The notes under the pieces: model-generated
Seen by the model: only the letters and a program-made list of their open reading frames with translations
Databases searched by the model: none
Told to the model about the DNA's origin: nothing
Source of the DNA: the human T2T-CHM13v2.0 reference genome, Homo sapiens
Strand: one strand, 5' to 3'
Assembly: GCF_009914755.1 (NCBI RefSeq)
Contig: NC_060930.1
DNA: 64,000 nt
Shown here: positions 1 to 14,975 of the stretch, one piece after another
Position numbering within the stretch: position 1 is the first letter of the stretch
Layout: each line of letters starts with the position of its first letter
Made by a program: the position numbers and the translations under genes

Positions 1-255
1 CGCTGTGCTAAGTAAGTACTTTTGATGCGTGTCTCAAATTTCTTGGCCATCTGCTAGTAGTTTGAGAGGTTTCTAAACAAAGAGAAGGAAAAGGGAAAAG
101 CCCAAAAGCCTTCTTGTTTTTTCCTCAGATATTTGACAGGTTTTCACTGTATCTTCCTGGCCTCATCTGAGTATGGGAAGGTCATAATTTGAAGTTAGAT
201 CAGGTAACTGAGAGACACTGCCACGCGATGTTTGGGCGGACTAATCCTGGAGACA

Positions 256-430
256 GCCCTGGCCTGGTTCAAAGCCTAGCTCCATTGCTTACCAGCTGTG
301 AATGTGGGCAAACAAGTTATTTGTGCCTTCACTGTATCACTGTCACACAGAAATAATAATAATATCCATCTCACAGAGCCATTGTACATATTAAGGTGTT
401 TGGCGTATGGCCAATGTCCAGCATTCGTCG
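256..430 (+). mobile_element. MIR SINE fragment
   Basis: GGTTCAAAGCCTAGCTCCATTGCTTACCAGCTGTG resembles the MIR core. Confidence 0.7.
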
Positions 431-468
431 ACAGCATCATCAGGCAATACAAAACCCCTGCAAAGCAC

Positions 469-876
<408 letters not shown>

Positions 877-907
877 TCATTTGTCCAAAAAAAGGGGGAG
901 GCCTGTG

Positions 908-1234
<327 letters not shown>

Positions 1235-2105
1235 TCAGAGAGTTCCTCAGTCAAACACAGAAGCTCCAGCTCTTCTACCTTTGCCCAAAGTGCAGCTGAA
1301 GTGCACACTGTGACAAGTGCAGACCACAAATGAAACCGGCATGTGGAACAAGATGGCGGTCAGTACCCTCCTGCTGCATCTGAACTTCAGTTCCTGCAGA
1401 AGTCATTCATTCCAGGATAGAAACCAATTTGAGGAGAAACAGAATTAAGTAAGTTACTAGGGGCCTAGTTAGGTGCAAGTCATTTTATTTTATACTTATA
1501 ACGATTTTTTTTTTCTTTTTACACCTTCACTGCTGGAAAAACTTGGTTTTTTAAACATAATAAAATGACTGCCAGAGGCAAATATTGCATTAGTTTTGTT
1601 TCTGAATTTTCTCCCCAAAATATTAAGAAACTCAAATGTTTCTCTTTTGTTAAATTTTTTCATTTGCTATTCTCGATTTTAAAATATATACAGCTAAAAT
1701 GTTAATATTAGGGTTTTCTTTAATATAGCAGAAAACTAGATTACGGCTAGATAAATAATTTCAACCTAAATGTAGGTAGCTTTTTAAGCAGGTTATCATT
1801 TTCCCAATACCCAAGAGTCAATGAGGAGACTGATGTTTTGATTTAAAGGATATACTCTCATAATTCAAAAAATAACTCTCCTAGAAATCTGAATATTTGG
1901 CAAATGCATTTAAACATAATTCTCTTTCCATAATGACATTGCACTTTTTAAAGCTGAGGAGGAAGCTATGAATGTATTGTGGGCAGAATATACACAAATT
2001 AGAAACAAGTACCTGCCTGATCTGCTTGGCAAGTGACTAATCCCTCAACATGTGACGATCCACGCACTCTATGTGAATAAAATATTAGCTAAAAGAGCCC
2101 ATACA

Positions 2106-2242
2106 GGCTGGGTGTGCTGGCTTACCCCTATAATCCCAGTACTTTGAGAGGCCAAGGTGGGAGGATTGCTTGAGGCCAGAGTTTGAGATGAGCCTAAGCA
2201 ACACAGTGAGACATCAATTTCTGAAAATAAATAAATAAATAA
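2106..2242 (+). mobile_element. FLAM / Alu left monomer
   Basis: Single monomer, A-rich tail, TSD AAAGAG(C/T)CCATA. Confidence 0.85.
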
Positions 2243-2374
2243 TTTTTTAATGTAAAGAGTCCATAGAGTCATGAAGAGTTTATTTCAGACACAAAGTTTT
2301 TTTTTTAATCCCTCATCAAAAGAATCAAAGAGATTATTTATCAAAGTTGTACTTACAAATTCATCTGAACTTGA

Positions 2375-2495
2375 ACCCTGTCTGGATTCAAAGCCCAGCT
2401 CCATTGCTTACCAGCTATCAACATGGGCAAACAAATTATTTGTGCCTTAGCTATATCATCTGTCACACAGAAATAAGGGTATCCACTTCATATAG
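2375..2495 (+). repeat. MIR-derived local duplicate of 256-375
   Basis: Shares TTCAAAGCC-AGCTCCATTGCTTACCAGCT, GGGCAAACAA-TTATTTGTGCCTT and CTGTCACACAGAAATAA with the first copy. Confidence 0.75.
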
Positions 2496-2499
2496 TATT

Positions 2500-3105
2500 A
2501 TCAAATAGTCAAAATGAAACTCATAGAAGCAGAGAGTACAATGATGGTTACCAAGGGCTGTAGGAAGAAGGTATTGGAGAGATATTGGTCAAAAGATACA
2601 AAATTTCTGTTAAGAGGAATAAGTTCAAGAGATCTATAATCAACATGGTGACCATAGCTAATAACATGTATTGCATACTTGTAAGTGTTCTTACCAAAAA
2701 AAAAAGAGTATGTGAGATAATGCCTATATGTTAATTAGCTTGATTAACCCATGCCACAATATATAAACATCATGTTGGTGGGGCACAGTGGCTCACACCT
2801 GGAATCCTAGCATTTTGGGAGGCCAAAACGGGCAGATGCTTGAGCCCAGGAGTTTGAAACCAGCCTGGGCAACACAGTAAAACCCTGTCTCTATTAAAAA
2901 TGTAAAAATTAGCCTGGCATGGTGGCATGTGCCTATAGTCCAGGCTACTAGCGAGGCTGAGGTGGGAGGATCATTTGAGCCATTGAACTCCAGCCTGGGC
3001 AACAGCCAGATCCTGTCTAAAAAAATAATAATAAAATAAAATAGTTGTTTCCCATAAATACATGCAACTTTAATTTTCCTATTTATTTTGTCAAAATAAA
3101 TTAAA
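2500..3105 (+). mobile_element. L1MA-type 3' end fragment interrupted by AluJ (2778-3043)
   Basis: AAACTCATAGAAGCAGAGAGTA..GGTTACCA..TACAAAATTTC..AGGAATAAGTTCAAGAGATCTA, typical of the L1MA 3'UTR. Confidence 0.8.
2778..3043 (+). mobile_element. AluJ with right-arm deletion
   Basis: TTGAGCCCAGGAG and GGTGGGAGGATCA AluJ diagnostics. Confidence 0.9.
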
Positions 3106-3124
3106 ACTTTTTAAATCCCTCAGT

Positions 3125-3460
3125 AGAATCACAAAACGCCAAAATTGGAAAGGCCAGTAGAGATTATTTTTGTCAAGGTCTCTGTTTACAGATATGAAAA
3201 CTAAGGCCTTGAGGTGTTGAATAAATTGCTCAAAATCTGTGTTAGAAAATGGCAGAGGTGAAGCCAAGCTCAGGTCTCCCAATTCCTAATCCAATGAGCT
3301 TTCTAGACGATTGCAGTGCTTCTCAATTTGCCTGGCCAAAGGACAGCATGGCATTGTTAAACATACTGGAGACTCTGGCTCAACAGGGCTTTGGAAGGGT
3401 CTGGGAATCTCTAATTTTAACGAAAGTTCCAAGCAGTTCTTAAAGTTAGTCAAGTATAGG
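3125..3460. mobile_element. MIR fragment (-) followed by MER5-like hAT fragment
   Basis: TTTACAGATATGAAAACTAAGGC (MIR); CAGTGCTTCTCAA..GGGAATCTCTAATTTTAAC (MER5-like). Confidence 0.5.
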
Positions 3461-3691
3461 AATCACCTCGCCTCCTTAACCTGATGGTGCAATCTGACCA
3501 CTCAGCTACTGTCAGTTTCTCTTAATAAATTGAGGGACTGGGATTAGAGGGGGGTGCGGGCCACACAGCCACCAACATCCTCTCTAGCATGTGGTATGTG
3601 TCAATGAAAGCAAATCTTATGCCAATTTCGCCAAACATTTATGAGTAGTCAGACACAAAAACAGCCATACAACCTATTCTTATGCAGTCAG

Positions 3692-3830
3692 TCAGACACG
3701 ATGGCTCACACCAGTAATCCCAGCTCTTTTGGGAGGCCAAGGAGGGAGGATCGCTTGAGCCCAGGAGTTCCAGACCAGCCTGCACAACGTATGGAAACCT
3801 CATCTCTTTTTAAATTAAAAAAAAAAAAAG
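3692..3830 (+). mobile_element. FLAM / Alu monomer
   Basis: Left monomer plus poly(A)/(GAA)n tail. Confidence 0.85.
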
Positions 3831-4234
3831 AAGAAGAAGACGAAGTGCAGTGAACACTCTGTCTTTAGAACTCTGACAAGTGCCTTGCGTTCTGAGGAAG
3901 AAGCAAAGATATTCTGACATCAGGACCAGCCAACCCTATGGTTAGGTGAGGGGACAGTCTGTTGTGAGGTATGAGAATGCATCTCAACACCTAAAATACT
4001 CCTCAGAACTATGAGCCTACTGTGTCTGCCAAATTCTCAGTCCTGTTTATGCAAAGACTGTATTTGCAAATGTACAATGTTAAATATGTACAATTATTAT
4101 GTATCAATTAAAAAGTAATAAGTGTGTATAATATAACCTGGCCTTCCCTCCTATCTCACAAGGTTTTTCATCAAGTAATAAATATGAATGATACTTTTTC
4201 AATCATAAAAGTCTTAATTATAAAAAGAAACAAA

Positions 4235-4855
4235 TTATGAACTTCGAAAAGTTCACTGTGCTAAGTAAAAAAAGCCAGGCACATGATTCCATCTGTATGA
4301 AATGTCCAGAAAAGTCAAATCTATAGAGGCAGAAAGTAGATCAGTGGTTGCCTAGGAATGGGAGGGTTGACAGGAAATGGGGAATAACTAGTTATGAGTA
4401 TGGGGTTTCTTTTGGGGTGATAAAAATGTTCTAAAATTGTGGTAATGGTTGCACAACTCTGTGAATACACTAAAAACCCCTAAATTGTACACTTTTTTTT
4501 TTTGGGGACACAGAGTCTTGCTCTATCTCCCAGGCTGGGGTGCAGTGGCGCCATCTCGGGTCACTACAATATCCACCTCCTGGGTTCAAGTCATTCTCAT
4601 GCCTCAGCCTCCCAAGTAGCTGAGATTACAGGCATGTGCCCCTATGCCCAGCTAATTTTTGTATTTTTAGTAGAGACAGAGTTTCGCCATGTTGGCCAGG
4701 CTGGTCTCGAACTCCTGGCCTCAAGTGATCGGCCCACCTTGGCCTCCCAAAGTACTGTAATTACAGGTGTGAGCCACTCCACCCGGCCAAACAGTATGCT
4801 TTAAGTGGGTGAATTGTATGGTGTGTAAATTTTATTTCAACAAAACTATTTTTAA
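4235..4855 (+). mobile_element. L1MB 3' fragment interrupted by Alu
   Basis: GATTCCATCTGTATGAAATGTCCAGAA..AGAAAGTAGATCAGTGGTTGCC..; resumes GGGTGAATTGTATGGT after the Alu. Confidence 0.8.
4493..4788 (-). mobile_element. AluS
   Basis: Antisense dimer with poly(T). Confidence 0.95.
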
Positions 4856-4900
4856 AGAGAAAGAAAACCCAATCACACAGGGCTTAAAAATAAAAACAGG

Positions 4901-5207
4901 GGCCAGGCACAGTGGCTCACGCCTGTAATCTCAGCACTTTGGGAGGCCGAGGCGGGTGGATCACGAGGTCAGGAGTTCAAGACCAGCCTGGTCAAGATGG
5001 TGAAACCCCATCTCTACTAAAAATACAAAAATTAGCCAGGCATGGTGGTGGGCATCTGTAATCCCAGCTACTCAGGAGGATGAGGCAGGGAATTGCTTGA
5101 ACCCGGGAGGCAGAGGTTGCAGTGAGCTGAGATCACGCCACTGCACTCCATCCTGGGCGACAGAGTAAGGCTCCATCTCAAAAAAATTAAAATAAAAATA
5201 AAAAAAT
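4901..5207 (+). mobile_element. AluSg-like
   Basis: Full dimer, GGATCACGAGGTCAGGAGTTC. Confidence 0.95.
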
Positions 5208-5469
5208 AGAAACAGACTATTTGATCGAGTGTCTATTGATTTCTGCTTAGCAAAGTCTGTTTTGATATTTACAGAGCCAAGATGTAACTATTCACATTGC
5301 TGGCTGTTGTCACTATTTTCCATGAGAACTTACTGTGTCAGCAAAATTAATGAAGTCTGACTTTTACAGACAGGAGCAGAGATTGGTGGTTAAGCACTAA
5401 ACATTAAAGGCAGAAAGTTTACATTTTTATTTTTGTAAAGTAATTGTCTCGATCACTTACATTGGTAGC

Positions 5470-5607
5470 AGTATTGTATTTTTAGTATTGTATTTTTGTA
5501 CTTGTACTTAGTATTGTATTTAGTACTGTATTTTTAGTAGGGACGGGGTTTCAACATATTGGCCAGGCTAGTCTTGAGCTCCTGGCCTCAACTGATCCAC
5601 CTGCCTC
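5470..5607 (-). mobile_element. Alu left-arm fragment with tandemly expanded linker
   Basis: Repeated TAGTATTGTATT-like units running into TTTTTAGTAGGGACGGGGTTTC. Confidence 0.75.
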
Positions 5608-5684
5608 AAAAGATCCATCCTCCTTCCTCCCTAAGGTTTTTATAGTTATTCTTCCTGACAGTAAGCACTAAGTCACTAAGTATT

Positions 5685-5900
5685 AATTCAATTCAAACAT
5701 CTATTGAGCTATCACATCCAGGCATTGTTCTAAGCTCTAGAAAAACAAAGACTCGGCCATCCTGGACCTCAAAGGTCCTGCTGTCTGGCAGAGGGGTGCA
5801 GAAGTCCCCTTGGTAAATGTGGTGATCGAGGTGAACCAATGCCATGGGAACAGCCCCTCAACCTGGGGGTGTCAGGGAAAGAAAGTAGGAGTCTTCAATG
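5685..5900 (-). mobile_element. L2 3' fragment
   Basis: TTCAAACATCTATTGAGC..CCAGGCATTGTTCTAAGC. Confidence 0.6.
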
Positions 5901-6287
5901 AACAGAATAATAACATGCATTCTCCCCAAGGCATGACAAAAAATTATTTTGGATAACTTTCTACCCATGAGATTTTGAGGAATGGCAAACTTGATGAAAT
6001 ACCTCTCAGGATCATTGAGGCCAGCAGGGCCAGCCCACAGGACTAAAATACTGTCTCTGTATTGCAAAGAGTGTTTATACATTTTTTTAAATTGTTCCAC
6101 TGACATTCTCACATCCTTTCTTATGGTAGAAAGCTATTATTGGTCACTGAAATATGCTGTCCCCAACTGCTAGAGGCTTTTGGTAAACTGCTGGATTCTG
6201 TTAATTGCTCCTGGGGAGACTCATTAAATGGTTTATCTGACAAGAAGGGTGGAATTAACGGTCACAGTTATCCTTAGGACTGTTTAA

Positions 6288-6593
<306 letters not shown>

Positions 6594-6994
6594 TGAATTA
6601 ACTGCAATGCTGTTGGACTGGATTTCCTCTCTGGGTAAGAATTCACGAAATGGATGGCCTTTACGGTCAATTCCAAGTCTAAAAGTCTAGCCATCCATAC
6701 TAATGGAGTATGATATTCTGAAGACCTGCCTAAAATGGCAGAACAACTTCAAACTGTAGTTTTTACACAGAAACAAGGTTTGAGGCATTGTTTTAAAAGA
6801 ATCCTAACAGATGGTAATGCATAGGCATTTCACTGCTTTTAAGCACATAAAAAAGCAAAGTGTGTGAAGGTGAAAGAAACCACAAAAATTAATGTCTTGA
6901 TAGTCAGCTTTCTTCTCTACATGTACATTTATACTCAGGCATAATTATATTCAATAAAAAGCCTTCTTGCATGATTATTAAAAAAAAAAAAATG

Positions 6995-7279
<285 letters not shown>

Positions 7280-9012
7280 TTAAGATTCAAACAAACTTGT
7301 GAAAAGTTTTGAAAAGAGTTATTTCAGTTACTGTAATTAGAACAACCTTAGTTAATATGGAGAATTTGGGGGATTTCTGGCTATGGACAGTAGCCTATTG
7401 GGGCATATGTACTAAAGAACAGAGAAAAGTGATACATTTAAATGTAAAACCAAACTAGTAAAGGAAGGAGTTCTTGACCTTCAGGGAGTTTCCTCTTGTT
7501 TTTTAATTCCCACAATAGATCAGTTCACCTATCAATCAGATCTCCCTCATCACATTCTTTGTCAAGGGTAAAATTCTGGTTCTCCCACGTACCTACACCC
7601 TAGACAGAAAACGCATAGAAGCAACTCGTGATTGCCGCATAGACCATGACATCCTACTAGGACAGTGTATCCTACCATATGCATGAAGTCATCACTCACA
7701 TTAAGTAGATATATTCTGATTATGTCAACAACCTTATGAGATCACTTTGATTCCTCCCCACTGATTTTTTTTTCTTGGAGGGGGACGCTCTCCCAGGTTG
7801 GGAACTGTCCACAATTCATATGAATGTGTTGACGGCACAATCAAAGAGATGAACGCAAAAATGTAAAACTGCCACGAATTAATTATACAACTTGGAGAAA
7901 GATGTATTATAGCAAGCAATCTCACTGAAATTAAATAATTGAAAATTTTGAACTCTTAGGCTGTAAGGTAGTTAAAATATAGCTAAGTTTTTCTAGCTAG
8001 CTGGAAAACGAGCTATTCGAGATTGCATATGAAGTGATTCTAGGAGAAAAAACTATTTCATCCAGAGCTGCTGAAATCTAGGCGTGTGTTACATCAACAT
8101 CTCCCCTCCCACCCAGCAATCCATCAACCATCTCCAATTTATTCTTTACACTTAGGATTATGACCAAGTTCACGTACTTAAAAGGGAGAAACCACAGAGA
8201 CATCACACTGAAAGTTTCTCTGCTTTGGGCCAGCAGGAAATTCCAGTTGCTTCATTCACCGGAGCCAGTTAAGCTGCTGAAATGAAATGGATCACCGGAG
8301 AGATCACTATATCAGGACATAGACTTGACTTTCAGGGTTGGAGGAAGCCGGACAAAGATGAATGGGATTCAGAGCCTGAACTCAAGGTCAACGTCTTCTG
8401 AATCACAAAGAGCTGGTGGGTCAGTCTGGGAGAAGAAAGAAAATTCTGCGCCAAATGGGAAAACCCTTAAAGTCTGCATAGTTTTGCTTGTCGGTAAGAA
8501 CACAGGTAGGCGGCGGGAAGAGAGGTGGCAAGCAGCCCCAACGCTCGCCGAGATCCCCAGGGTTTTACAAACGGATCGTCCTGAAGTCTCCAAAACTGTA
8601 ACTACTATATGCCCAAATTTATATTCTCCCCTGGCTTTTCCAACAGGCTACCTGCCTGTGACAGTTTTCCCACGAACTTGGCTCTCCTCTGTCTACAGCG
8701 CCCCGGGGTCTCCCAAACAGACAGACACAGACAGACAGAAGGAGCAGACAAGGGGACTGTCCAATTCCCACCCTCCGCGCCCACTCTCTCGAGGTAGCCA
8801 AGACCCTCCAGGAGTCCGAAAGTCACAGAGCGCTCTGCGCCCCTGCCACCTGCCCAGCCTCCCGCTGGGGTCCGGCAGTCCCCACTGGAGACCCCGACAT
8901 CGCGGGGCTCCGCGGCCCCCGCGCCGACCCAGGGCCGCCAGGGGGCGGGCGGGAGCAGCTCTCCGGGTGCCTCCCCCGCCGGTTCCCCTCCCCCGGCCCG
9001 CCGGCCACTCAC

Positions 9013-9301
9013 GGATTTTCACTCGGCGGTGGTCCAGGCGCGCAGCGGCGGCTTGCAGGGCGTCGAGGCGGCGGTGCAGCGCGGCGGTGCGGTGGCCCAG
9101 CGCGGCCGCCTGGCCCTCGAGCTCGCCGAAGATGTCCCCGGCGCAGCGCGACAGGTCGGCCAGCTGCGCCAGCAGGCAGCCCAGGGCATGCGAGCTGACC
9201 TGCTCCAGCGAGCGGAAGAGTGGCGCGCCCGCAGCCCCGGCCCCCGCCGCCTCGGGCCGGCGCAGCCGCGCGGGCTCCAGGGTCCTCTGGTGGAAGGGCA
9301 T
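9013..9301 (-). CDS. NHSL1: First coding exon (96 codons + 1 nt) of NHS-like 1 long isoform, WAVE/Scar homology domain N-terminus
   Basis: ATG at 9301 in GCCCCCGCC-ATG context with an in-frame upstream TGA (9334-9332). Translation MPFHQRTLEP..SLEQVSSHALGCLLAQLADLSRCAGDIFGELEGQAAALGHRTAALHRRLDAL..LDHRRVKI matches the NHS/WAVE SHD pattern. Phase-1 donor ATCC|GTGAGT at 9012-9007. ORF-track residues past the donor are intronic. Confidence 0.88.
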
Positions 9302-9331
9302 GGCGGGGGCGGGCCGGCGGCGCGGGATCCC

Positions 9332-9370
9332 TCAGTCTGCCTCCCGTCGGCGCGGGGCGCCAGCCTGCAT
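9332..9370 (-). other. uORF MQAGAPRRREAD* in the NHSL1 5' leader
   Basis: The only minus-strand ATG I find in the island upstream of 9301. Weak context (T at -3); TGA ends 30 nt before the main ATG. Confidence 0.5.
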
Positions 9371-10864
9371 CCAACACAAAGGAAGTCCCGGGCAGCGGCG
9401 GGGCGCCGAGGGAAGCCTGGCGGCCCCTGCCCGCAGGGGAGAGGCCGGGCGGGCAGGAAGGACGGACGGACGGACGGGCGCGCGGGCGAGCGGGCACCCG
9501 GGCGGCGCGGGGCAGGAATGGGGTCCGAGCCGTGGCTGCCTGGCGCCCGGCGGCGTTCCTCCACCCGCAGGGCTTCGCGGGCCGCGCGGCGAGAGGAAGT
9601 TCCAGGGGCAGCTCTGGGCGGCGGCGGCCGCGGCGGCGAGGGGAGCCGCGAGTCCCGCTGAAGTTTGCAGGCGGGCAGGAAAGCGCCGGCTGCTCCTTCC
9701 CTCCCTCCGGATTGGAGAGGGAGGAGGAAGCGAGGGAAGTGCCGCCGACACCGGGCGAGAGGGAGGGGAGGCGAAAGAAAGGAAAGGGGGAGGAGAAAAG
9801 GGCCGGCCCGGGAACCACCTGCGGCTCCCGCGGCTGCCGCGCCCAGCGCCCGCAGCCAGTGGCGGCCCCGGCGCCTCAGCGCACCCTGTCGGGGCGGGTG
9901 CGGGCGCACAGTCCCGGGACGCCCACGTCGCCGCCCCAACTCCCCTTGGCAGCCCCCGGGCGGTGGGGCAGAGCCCTCGCCCGCCCCCCGGGCCGGGGTG
10001 CAGCGCAGTGCGGGCGCCGGGAGGGCGGAGGCGCCAGGACGGCCGCGGCCAGCTCCGCTCGCTCTGCTCACCTGCGCCCCTGCCCACGGCGCTCCGCAGT
10101 CAGGAGCGCCCCGCCCCGCGGGGAACGCCCCGGGCCCCTCGGGGTCCCCCTGCTCTCTCCTACTTCCCTTCTGGAAGGTGGCCAACACTTCTGGGCCGCC
10201 CGGGTGGACCTCAAATAGAACGTCTTTAAATGTCCGGTGGCCAAGGGTTCTGTAGCCGACTAGGAGTCAGCGTCCGACTCGGAACAACTCAAGACCTCTT
10301 TTCAGGGGGCGTCCAGTGAGTTTTTTTCAGCAAGGTGACTCCCCCTGTGGCTGCCTGCTACTACAGCTGGAAAGGTCCAAGCTGAAATGTGACTAATCTG
10401 AGTTTCTTCCACCAAGCATGTTAGTTAGGGGTGGAGGACTAGAACCTAGAACCCTGAATTCGAGCCTGGAAGATATGTAAGCCACATGCTATTGAGATCG
10501 TGGTCATGGGACACCCGCTAACACAAACCTTCTGGTAGGAAGTTTTTGAGAAGACTGGGTCCAATATCCCCAAGCTAAAATCCCACTGGCCCATCGCTGT
10601 GTTTGCTCAGAAAAGGAATCTGGGTTCTTTGGTTTCTGCTTTCCAGTTGACCCTGGTTGCTCCTCTGTTTTACGGCATTTTGGGAGTCGGTCTCCCAGAG
10701 CAGCGCTGATTGTAATGAGAAGCGCGTTCCCTCTCTGGGGGACAGGAGCAGTGGGAGAAAAATGGGCCTGGGAAAGAGCTCCTCCAAATAAAACTTATTA
10801 GACAGATACGGGTTATGGTGTTGGTGGTGGTGGTGGTGGTGTTTTGGTCTTTATCCTGTTGTAC

Positions 10865-11130
10865 AGCGCCTCATTTTTTACAATGTGGGCCAGTAACTAT
10901 TTCGTATCACCTACTCTGACCACCTTCAGGGTTGTTATGAGGCTCAAAGGAACGGCTGCTGTGAAAAAACATGCTTTGCAATTTATGAAGCACTGGATAA
11001 ACATCAGGAACGGTATAAAAGCATGCTGCTTACTCAAGAAATACTAGTTGAGTGCCTGTGTGTTGGGCACTGGCTAGAGATAAGGTAATGTGCAAAGCTG
11101 GCTCTGTCCCTGCCATCATGAGACTCTCGT
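10865..11130. mobile_element. MIR and L2 fragments
   Basis: CAGGGTTGTTATGAGG (MIR); GTTGAGTGCCTG..GGGCACTG (L2). Confidence 0.5.
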
Positions 11131-11134
11131 GTAG

Positions 11135-12345
<1,211 letters not shown>

Positions 12346-12349
12346 GTAA

Positions 12350-12692
<343 letters not shown>

Positions 12693-14133
12693 AGCATTGT
12701 TCTTTAGTTTATTCCCTCTTCTATTCCCTTGAGACTTTCCCATTGGTTTGAAAAGAATTATGATTTAGCCACATAAACTAATAAAAAGAGAGCAAGAATA
12801 TTTTTGTAAATTTGTAATCCTGGGGCAATATCAATAGAATTTTTTTTATAAAATGAATGATTTCACTACTCCAGAAGTGGAATGTAAACTCTATACATAA
12901 CCAGAACATGGAATTAACAGGACTCATGGGTGTATCCATAAAAGCAACTGAATTTTTAGTCTTCTGCTGTTAATAATCTGTTCCATGAGGATAGTTCTTC
13001 CTCTTCCACAGAATGAAACTCAGGCAGTCCTATAACTTTTTTATTCTCTCAGGTAATAGAAAATCCTGTTACTTTAAGAGGAAAAACCCTGCTCTTAATT
13101 CAGTAATTCAAATCTTGTCCCCTTCCCCAACAGGGTCTCCTATGGACAGAAGTGCGGGCAAGGAGCTTTGTTCCTCCCCGATGTCACCCTCCCACAGCCC
13201 ACTTGCTAGCAGGCAAGAGAGGGGTGGAGGCCGGCAGTAAGGCATGTACTGAACTGGACCTCTGGTGGAATGGGTCACCCACGCTGGGCTTGGTGGGTAT
13301 TTGAAAGTGACTCTTTCGTGAACACTGTTGTGAGCCCTCACTGGGAATGTCTGGCCATGCTTCCTGACGCTGGCAATGAATTTTCTCTAGCTGCTTATTC
13401 TACCCCAACCTTGGTCTTCCTTCTGTCCCCTCCATGCAGACTCTTACCATCAGGGTCCTGCCAACCCTTCAGTGAGACTTTTTCCGAAGAATCCCTTTTA
13501 AAATGACCTCAAGCTGACCTTCCTGATGCAGATTCCACATATGGTATCTGAGACTCACACAGTGTGGTTGGAAGATAGCACAGTGACCTCCCAGGCACAG
13601 CCCTCTGCCAGCCCTCCACTGGCTGCCCTAGGATGCTGGCCTTCCTCCGATGGGAGTCGGGCCCAGTCTGCTGTGAGCCAGGAGAAGCCAGCAAGCTCCC
13701 TGCGAGGCCTGGAGGAGCCCTTCTCACTCAGCTTGGTGTTCGATGCCAGTGCCCCCGCCCATTGTGGGGTGAGGGTGGGACTCTCAGCACAGCCCTGTCC
13801 AAATAAATCCTCTAAAGCCCTCTTCCATCTGCAGTCACTTGAGTCTTTTGTAGCCTGTGTGATTGAGCATCTAAGCAGTCCTCAGCTATTTACTTTGAAA
13901 TTTCGTAAGTGATTTTGGTATCTGTCATTTCTTGATGCATCAGTCACAACTCCCCATCTAACATCCCATTAAATAATATATAAAACAGAACAAAAACATT
14001 GTGCCAACTTCTTCTAAGAAGAATTTAATGTCACTTCCTAAGTTAAGCAGTTGGGCCCTGTCCCATGACTGTTCATCTCTGCTCAATAGTCATCAAGAGC
14101 TGAGAAAGAAGAAAGGAGCCCTGGGGGCCTAAG

Positions 14134-14134
<1 letters not shown>

Positions 14135-14170
<36 letters not shown>
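14135..14170. repeat. (TG)18 microsatellite
   Basis: Read directly. Confidence 0.97.
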
Positions 14171-14171
<1 letters not shown>

Positions 14172-14629
14172 TTATGAGAAACACTCTCCATTCTGTTTTT
14201 CATTAATATCTAAAGGGAAATTCTATTAAATCAATTCCAAGACCAAAAATTGTGGACATTTGTGTGTTTTTTAAAGACACTAAAAACAAGTGGAATGTAC
14301 AGATAGACTATATTATTTCCCAACTTTTTGATATATAGTACAAATTGTTCCTGAATTAAAAGTCTAATGATTGATACATTTTTTGTATTATCTTACCTGC
14401 TAGGGAAAAAAAAATTGCCATGATGCGAAAAAGATGCAACAGGCACCGTGGGGTATAGCGTGTAGCAGTCTTCTGTCCATGAAATACTGTGGTTTATATG
14501 CAGGATTAGCCAAGTGGTAGAAACCTCGGTCCAGCCAGTCTGGAGACTAGTAAACCAAAAAGAGACTTTTCTGCTTCTAACGGACATAGGCAAGTGGTAA
14601 TTTCTCACCAAATTAAAAATAACACTGGT

Positions 14630-14975
14630 CTTTGATTAGCTAGAGAGATCTTCTTAAAATGCTTATCTGATTGTGTCCCCCTCCCTCAGCTCAAAAATCT
14701 GTAAAGCTTTTCCATTACTTTTTGGATTAACAAAAATGAGGTCCACAAAGCCCAGAGAGTGTTGTCCCTACCTTTCTCTCTAGCCGATTTCCTGTCTCCC
14801 TCCTCCTGTACTGCCTCCCCCACCTTGTGATCCAGGCCATATGGATTCAATGCCTCCTCCATTCTCCCTTCTCTCTCTCCTTTGTTCAGTCAGCTTTTCA
14901 GATTTTGGTTCAGATGTCACTTCCTTGGCCCTCCCCTCCCAGGCCAGATCAAGTCTCCCTATTCTAGACTACTAA
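14630..14975 (+). mobile_element. L2 fragment
   Basis: Pyrimidine-rich; CTCAGCTCAAAAATC..TTCAGATGTCACTTCC. Confidence 0.55.

Larger units (their letters stand above)
8810..10280. promoter_or_regulatory. CpG island promoter / 5'UTR of the NHSL1 long isoform
   Basis: Abrupt GC- and CpG-rich block in CpG-depleted surroundings, GC boxes (GGGGCGGG at ~8941 and ~9891), short GCG runs at 9617-9638, no repeats. Confidence 0.9.

Noticed and set aside
8693-9012. C-terminal 106 aa of the 202-aa ORF
   Set aside because: Lies past the GTGAGT donor and family similarity ends there; intron read-through.
9617-9638. GCG/CCG run in the 5' leader as an expansion-prone repeat
   Set aside because: Only a few interrupted units.
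8325-10255. 634-aa + strand ORF and other long overlapping ORFs (389, 332, 269, 251, 210, 196 aa)
   Set aside because: Ala/Arg/Gly/Pro-rich low-complexity frames expected from stop-codon scarcity in a GC-rich island. Mostly non-ATG starts, no recognisable domain.
13526-13912. 128-aa ATG ORF in unique sequence
   Set aside because: No recognisable homology, weak start context, spans an AATAAA. Needs PhyloCSF or Ribo-seq to be taken seriously.
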